Shown here piece by piece: positions 28,452 through 32,000 of a DNA stretch of 32,000 nucleotides. Source of the DNA: Granulicella pectinivorans (GTDB taxonomy: Bacteria; Acidobacteriota; Terriglobia; Terriglobales; Acidobacteriaceae); the NCBI RefSeq assembly GCF_900114625.1, contig NZ_FOZL01000001.1, forward strand, positions 2,236,272-2,268,271. Direction: 5' to 3'. The position numbers and the translations under genes are program-made. Every line of letters starts with the position of its first letter. The first letter of the stretch is position 1. The notes beneath the pieces were generated by a model. The model had not been told where the DNA came from and did not search any database. It saw nothing but the letters and a program-made list of their open reading frames with translations.

Positions 28452-28678
28452 GTTAGCGGGCCGCTTACTTACACCGTAGCGGGCTGGTAGCGGGAGGTTG
28501 GGACTCCTAGCCCCAGTGTCGGACGGACCGAGGGATGGGAATCATGGCCCCTTTTTGAACGGGGGGTGGGGGAGGTTTGATTCGCTGGCCGCGTCAGCTT
28601 CAGCCAAGTGACCGTCGGGGCCGGAGACTCCCTGCCGGGCGGCCTCGGGAAGCATGCTTCAGGGACTCCTAGCCCCCA
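28452..28678. repeat. Cluster of short direct repeats in a 390-bp GC-rich non-coding block
   Basis: TAGCGGG occurs three times (28454-60, 28477-83, 28488-94; the last two form the tandem GTAGCGGGCTG/GTAGCGGGAGG). GGGACTCCTAGCCCC occurs twice (28500-28514, 28662-28676). GTCGGAC occurs twice (28518, 28728). A 12-bp palindrome GAAGCATGCTTC lies at 28649-28660. Confidence 0.7.
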
Positions 28679-28798
28679 GGGACGTTGGGGGCGCACGGCA
28701 GCCGCACCTTCCCATCCTCGCGGAAGGCGTCGGACCAACGAGCAGCTACCCCAGCAAACACAGGTGCTCGTGCAACAGCAGCTAAGAATTTCGTACTT

Positions 28799-28930
28799 CT
28801 ATTTGGTGACTACGCCGACAACCGCACCACAGCTTGTGCAGTAGATCAGCAGACGAGCAACGCCCGCCTGGGTGCTCGTTGAATAGCTGAAAGATGTGCC
28901 TTCGCATCGCGGACAGTTAGGGTTTGCCAT
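28799..28930 (-). CDS. Unlisted 43-aa zinc-ribbon micro-protein
   Basis: My own translation is MANPNCPRCEGTSFSYSTSTQAGVARLLIYCTSCGAVVGVVTK*, with a CPxC...CxxC pair and AGGA ~10 nt upstream of ATG 28930. It is below the ORF-track length cut-off and is divergent from the recombinase gene. Confidence 0.45.
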   Translation of the reverse strand: MANPNCPRCEGTSFSYSTSTQAGVARLLIYCTSCGAVVGVVTK

Positions 28931-28978
28931 AGTGGGTGAATCCTACACCCATGGACCGTTCTCTGAGGAGTTTCGACC

Positions 28979-29068
28979 GTCAGAAAAGTACACTTTGTGA
29001 CACGATGCCGTGGTGCCTGTAAGTGCTTGATTTTCGTTTGTCAAAAAGGTCCTATTCAGTTATTGACA
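28979..29068. promoter_or_regulatory. Candidate res-like serine-recombinase binding sites
   Basis: Two imperfect palindromes share TGTCA half-sites: GTCAGAAA-N7-TTTGTGAC (28979-29001) and TGTCAAAAA-N12-TTATTGACA (29039-29068). The second overlaps the -35 of the recombinase promoter. A degenerate tandem copy follows (AAAGGTCCTA / AAAGGTCTAG, GTTATTGACA / GTTTATTGTAC). Confidence 0.4.
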
Positions 29069-29091
29069 CGCAATCTATAAAGGTCTAGAGT
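29063..29091 (+). promoter_or_regulatory. Candidate sigma-70 promoter of the serine recombinase gene
   Basis: TTGACA (29063-29068), a 17-nt spacer, then TAGAGT (29086-29091). GGAGG follows at 29101-29105 and ATG at 29113. Confidence 0.45.
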
Positions 29092-29112
29092 TTATTGTAC
29101 GGAGGCAGGACG

Positions 29113-29679
29113 ATGACAGCAGCAAAAGGCGGGCAGAGGGTTGGCTATATCAGAGTGAGCAGCGCGGACCAGAACACGGCACGGCAGCTAGATGGCGTTG
29201 ACTTAGACGAGCGGTTCGAGGATAAAGCGTCCGGCGCAAGCACTAACCGGCCCCAGCTCCAGGCTGCACTCAGGCATGTCCGCAAGGGTGATGTGCTGGT
29301 TGTCCACTCAATGGACCGCCTTGCCCGTTCCCTCGCCGATCTGCTGGCGCTCGTCAAAGAACTGACCGGGCGTGGCGTGACTGTAGAGTTCGTGAAGGAG
29401 GCCCAGACGTTCACCGGCGACGACACTCCCATCGCGAAGATGATGCTCGGCGTGATGGGGAGTGCTGCTGAGTTCGAGCGCGACATGATTCGACAGCGCC
29501 AGCGTGAGGGAATCACAGCGGCGAAGGCACGTGGCAAGCACTTGGGCCGCGCCGCGATACTGAAACCCGCCCAAGTGAAGGAGTTACGGAACCGTGTGGC
29601 TGCCGGTGAGGATAAGGCCACCATCGCCCAAGCGTTCGGCATCAGTCGCGCTAGCGTCTACAACTACGCGGCGTCCTGA
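29113..29679 (+). CDS. Small serine recombinase (resolvase/invertase family)
   Basis: The ATG at 29113 has GGAGG 7 nt upstream. The catalytic region VGYIRVSSADQNTARQ carries the Ser nucleophile, followed by DVLVVHSMDRLARS, the E-helix AEFERDMIRQRQREGI, and a C-terminal HTH TIAQAFGISRASVYNY. Confidence 0.9.
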   Translation: MTAAKGGQRVGYIRVSSADQNTARQLDGVDLDERFEDKASGASTNRPQLQAALRHVRKGDVLVVHSMDRLARSLADLLALVKELTGRGVTVEFVKEAQTFTGDDTPIAKMMLGVMGSAAEFERDMIRQRQREGITAAKARGKHLGRAAILKPAQVKELRNRVAAGEDKATIAQAFGISRASVYNYAAS

Positions 29680-29706
29680 TCTACTTCCCCACCTCCCCCC
29701 ACATCT

Positions 29707-29731
29707 GCCCCGGCTCCGGCTGGGGCTTTTT
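29707..29731 (+). terminator. Rho-independent terminator after the recombinase gene
   Basis: GCCCCGGC-TCCG-GCTGGGGC is an 8-bp stem with one G-U pair, followed by TTTTT. Confidence 0.7.
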
Positions 29732-29874
29732 CGTGTCTGCACGGGGGGAAGTCATGGAAAATTCAGGGGATAGGCGTCGTTGTGAGTATTACGAAACATT
29801 CAGCGATTCGTTGTGGGTGGGATTGGCGATGGTGGGTTTGGGCCTAGCCCAACGTTCCGGCCACCTTCGGCTAA

Positions 29875-30102
29875 CTACTTCTGGCACCGGGCGAAGATAT
29901 ACGTTTGATAGAACTCGCATTGACTCAGAACCGTCGCAGGCAAGCCTTCGCATAGCAGATACACGGTCAGGTCGTACCCGGACAGACCTTCAATCCGTCG
30001 GTCGTCATAGTCGAGAACGTAAGAATCTTGCGCATTTGGGTCAACGGATTTTTTGACCTCATATCCCCAGTATTCAAAGACATTCTCTTCGGCGTGCTTC
30101 AT
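29875..30102 (-). CDS. Hypothetical small acidic protein (75 aa)
   Basis: The ORF lies in low-G+C DNA and has a plausible composition (MKHAEENVFEYWGYEVKK...). It has no SD and no motif I recognise. Confidence 0.35.
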   Translation of the reverse strand: MKHAEENVFEYWGYEVKKSVDPNAQDSYVLDYDDRRIEGLSGYDLTVYLLCEGLPATVLSQCEFYQTYIFARCQK

Positions 30103-30175
30103 ATCGCGATTCTACGTTGTAAGCCTGCTCCAGACGGCATAGGCTGGATTTCACATCACACCTTCTGGAGAGACT

Positions 30176-30741
30176 ATGCGCAAGATCATCGGTGTTCTAT
30201 TTCCTTGGCGGAAGACGTTCAGGCGTCTTGAGCTTGAGAAGCGATGGTGGCATCGGTTGGTGGTCGTAGTGCTTTTCTTGGCTTTGACTCCCGCGTTTTT
30301 CTGCTGCTGGGCTATCGGAAACGAGGCAGCCCCGCCTGTTCACCCGTCTGGTGACGATATTCAATACTGGGAGCTACTGACACCACCACCGAATGGCGAC
30401 ACATTGGAGCAGGCGGTCTCTCCGATGACCGACCCACCAGACCCGAGATGGATCGGTCAGGGAAAGATAGCGGCACCACTCAAAGACATATTTGATATCT
30501 TGGCAGCGTCCGACCGAAGGCTAACCTGCTCAAAACGGTACAGATGCCTAATGGAAAGACAATCACCTTTCCCGGCGCAACCTCTGACGACACCATCAAA
30601 GCCGAGTGGAACCACAAACTGAAGATCGCGACCGCCGAAGCAGCGTCGTTGGGTTTTGGGACAGCTTGCTTGGTGACATTGATTCTCAGTTATCTGCTTC
30701 AAGCGGGATACAGAGCTGCGCAGTACCATCTACGGCTCTAA
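30176..30741 (+). pseudogene. Membrane protein gene that appears split by a frameshift near 30496-30510, or two overlapping ORFs (30176-30622 and 30544-30741)
   Basis: ORF1 (GGAGAG 3 nt before ATG 30176) has a TM segment (LVVVVLFLALTPAFFCCWAIG), but its last ~35 codons look out of frame (..RRLTCSKRYRCLMERQSPFPAQP..). The -1 frame is open from 30496 and reads a protein-like sequence: YLGSVRPKANLLKTVQMPNGKTITFPGATSDDTIKAEWNHKLKIATAEAASLGFGTACLVTLILSYLL (second TM). Confidence 0.4.
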
Positions 30742-30760
30742 CGCCCCAGATGGTACTGCG
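30719..30760. repeat. 13-bp perfect inverted repeat (stem-loop) over the stop codon of the 30544-30741 ORF
   Basis: CGCAGTACCATCT (30719-30731), a 16-nt loop, then AGATGGTACTGCG (30748-30760). There is no flanking T-run on either strand. Confidence 0.7.
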
Positions 30761-30909
30761 GCTGCAAAGGTGTATGACTAGAACTTCCCAGGCATACGAG
30801 CGCCTTCGACCTACGCTTATTTATGGCTTGGACAATGGGGGGGGAGCACGCTCCAGGTCGATTCCAGTCAACGGCGTATTCGATGCGCTTGCTTTTTCTA
30901 TTGACGCGT

Positions 30910-31872
30910 TTATTTCGACGGGTTTCTGCCTGTTGCCGCCGAGAGTCGTTTAGTCAACAACTCTCTCAATTGGGAAAGGTTCTCGTACTCAGGGCAGTTG
31001 CGGTAAGCAAGATCGAAGTGAACATAGGTGTCTTTTTTTCGATAGAGCATCGGTGCCTTCCCGATGGCGTGCGCATAACCTATTTCGTAGTAGACACTAG
31101 GCCGCTCATGAGTCAGGTCTGCAAACAGATGTTCAGAATCCTGTATCTGCTGGATGATGCGCTCTGTTATCCCGTCAGAGTGTTCGAGGTCATCGGCCCG
31201 AACAGCGGTTATGCCGAAGGTCTTGAACACATCGACTACTGTGTCACGGACGTCCTTCAATTCTGGAAGCTGAGGGTTGATGCGCATCATGATAAAAGCT
31301 GTGCCGGGCCGGTACGTCTTGAGGTTCGTTGATGTAGCGGTACCAGCCGTCGCGGTCTCATTGCGGGCACCGAGCACTTGCAATAACTCGAACGTGCCGT
31401 CCACGGCTTCGATGAATTCGCTACGGCACACATCTACTGGGACATCGGTTTCCGACTGCCCCGGCGGGTCTGACCCGATGTAGCTACCTTCATCGTGGTG
31501 GATGTACACGCCCCAGGAATTGAATTTACGGAGCCTCATAGACGCCGCTGCTCGTTTGGAACTTTGACCGAGTGCTATAAGGTCTGCTCTATCAACGAGC
31601 ACGGCCCGCTGTGCAACCGAGGCTATATCGGCCATGACCTGCCGAGCTTCGCCCCGAAGTTGCAAGCCTCTCTGTTTGTAGCCCTCAGAAAGAAGCGCCC
31701 AATAATCAGGGTCCGGCATCTGAGATTGTTGCCAACTCAAAAAGCTAACCTCTGGGGGCGCAATGGAGGCGTCCTTTAGAGCACGCTCAGCATGGGTAAG
31801 GAATTCGAGACCTTGATCTCTCAGGGTCGTCAATTTGGTTCTGAGCTGCATCACTGTTTCGTCGATTGCCAT
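30910..31872 (-). CDS. Two-domain protein: unknown N-terminal ~185 aa plus a C-terminal nucleoside 2-deoxyribosyltransferase-like / TIR-like Rossmannoid domain
   Basis: Residues ~188-310 read GTAFIMMRINPQLPELKDVRDTVVDVFKTFGITAVRADDLEHSDGITERIIQQIQDSEHLFADLTHERPSVYYEIGYAHAIGKAPMLY. This gives a beta1 hydrophobic strand, an ...aDlt...p.V.yEiGyAhA.GK block, and the conserved Glu (E263, codon 31084-31086) that is the catalytic nucleophile position in NDT-fold enzymes. Confidence 0.7.
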   Translation of the reverse strand: MAIDETVMQLRTKLTTLRDQGLEFLTHAERALKDASIAPPEVSFLSWQQSQMPDPDYWALLSEGYKQRGLQLRGEARQVMADIASVAQRAVLVDRADLIALGQSSKRAAASMRLRKFNSWGVYIHHDEGSYIGSDPPGQSETDVPVDVCRSEFIEAVDGTFELLQVLGARNETATAGTATSTNLKTYRPGTAFIMMRINPQLPELKDVRDTVVDVFKTFGITAVRADDLEHSDGITERIIQQIQDSEHLFADLTHERPSVYYEIGYAHAIGKAPMLYRKKDTYVHFDLAYRNCPEYENLSQLRELLTKRLSAATGRNPSK

Positions 31873-32000
31873 GTATGGGCAATAGCATACCTGATCGTGT
31901 GCTCCTGTTGTCCATTACGCCACGATTGGTCTTTGCCAAATTTCTAGACCTCCCAGGCGTGCCGCAAATGACTTTTTATCAATGGTTTGCAGATTTCTAT

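Larger units (their letters stand above)
16025..32000. mobile_element. tRNA-Val-associated genomic island or integrated element. The left end is at the tRNA 3' end and the right end was not found in the window. It may be composite: an int/xis/Rep-operon module to ~27.4 kb plus a serine-recombinase module.
   Basis: A tyrosine integrase and excisionase lie immediately 3' of the tRNA. There is a sharp switch from recognisable housekeeping genes to unrecognised ORFs. G+C is visibly lower and patchier (A/T-rich stretches at 27.3-27.6 kb and 29.7-32 kb). A second recombinase, iterons and nuclease-like cargo are present. Confidence 0.75.

Noticed and set aside
28469-28844. ORFs 28469-28738 (-) and 28608-28844 (+) in the GC-rich repeat block
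   Set aside because: Both are Arg/Pro/Gly-rich with no SD. Their only 'internal repeats' (GLGVPE/GLGVPT) are translations of the 15-bp DNA repeat. The region is better explained as non-coding.
28541-29058. Possible invertible segment: GAATCATGGCCCCTTTTTGA (28541-28560) versus the reverse complement of 29040-29056 (GAATAGGACCTTTTTGA)
   Set aside because: The match needs three gaps and a mismatch outside a 9-nt core (CCTTTTTGA). That is too weak for recombinase crossover sites without read-level evidence of inversion.
16025-32000. Search for an attR copy of the tRNA-Val 3' end, to delimit the island within the window
   Set aside because: I found only 7-8-nt chance matches by eye (GTGCCCAC at 27613-27620, GAATCCT at 28938-28944, CCCACCA at 30434-30440). 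None extends further. A proper alignment search is still needed.

Overview
High-G+C bacterial chromosome. The gene content, especially a secreted 'VWFA-related' VWA protein and an ECF sigma/anti-sigma/DUF3106/TlpA operon, suggests Acidobacteriota (inference). The window has two parts. (1) 1-15.9 kb is ordinary core genome: VWA protein (runs off the left edge and is absent from the ORF track), mtnA, DUF4260, lptE-holA, Mn-catalase, ftsH, tilS, pilT, ispD-ispF, and the four-gene ECF sigma operon. (2) A tRNA-Val(CAC) gene at 15950-16024 is followed directly by a tyrosine integrase and an excisionase. From there to the window end the DNA is accessory, visibly lower and patchier in G+C, and I recognise almost no protein families. 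The island contains: an orphan HNH_5-like nuclease; an eight-gene, single-direction operon (27022->18466) led by a wHTH + CHC2-zinc-finger Rep-like protein and ending in two translationally coupled giant proteins (716 and 617 aa) that share an N-terminal MxFDxxPVS peptide; an iteron plus AT-rich origin-like region; a two-gene cassette of unknown function; a 390-bp GC-rich non-coding block full of short repeats; an unlisted 43-aa zinc-ribbon ORF; a small serine recombinase with res-like sites over its own promoter; and a 320-aa protein whose C-terminus looks like a nucleoside 2-deoxyribosyltransferase/TIR-like effector domain. I found no copy of the tRNA 3' end (attR), so the island's right end is probably beyond 32000. 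I saw no rRNA, CRISPR array or transposase. The strongest candidate for an undescribed system is the tRNA-Val element. Its eight-gene operon has no capsid, terminase, relaxase or P-loop NTPase that I can recognise. Next are the orphan HNH and NDT/TIR-like genes, which are possible defence cargo. All functional calls come from motifs read by eye and no database search was run.
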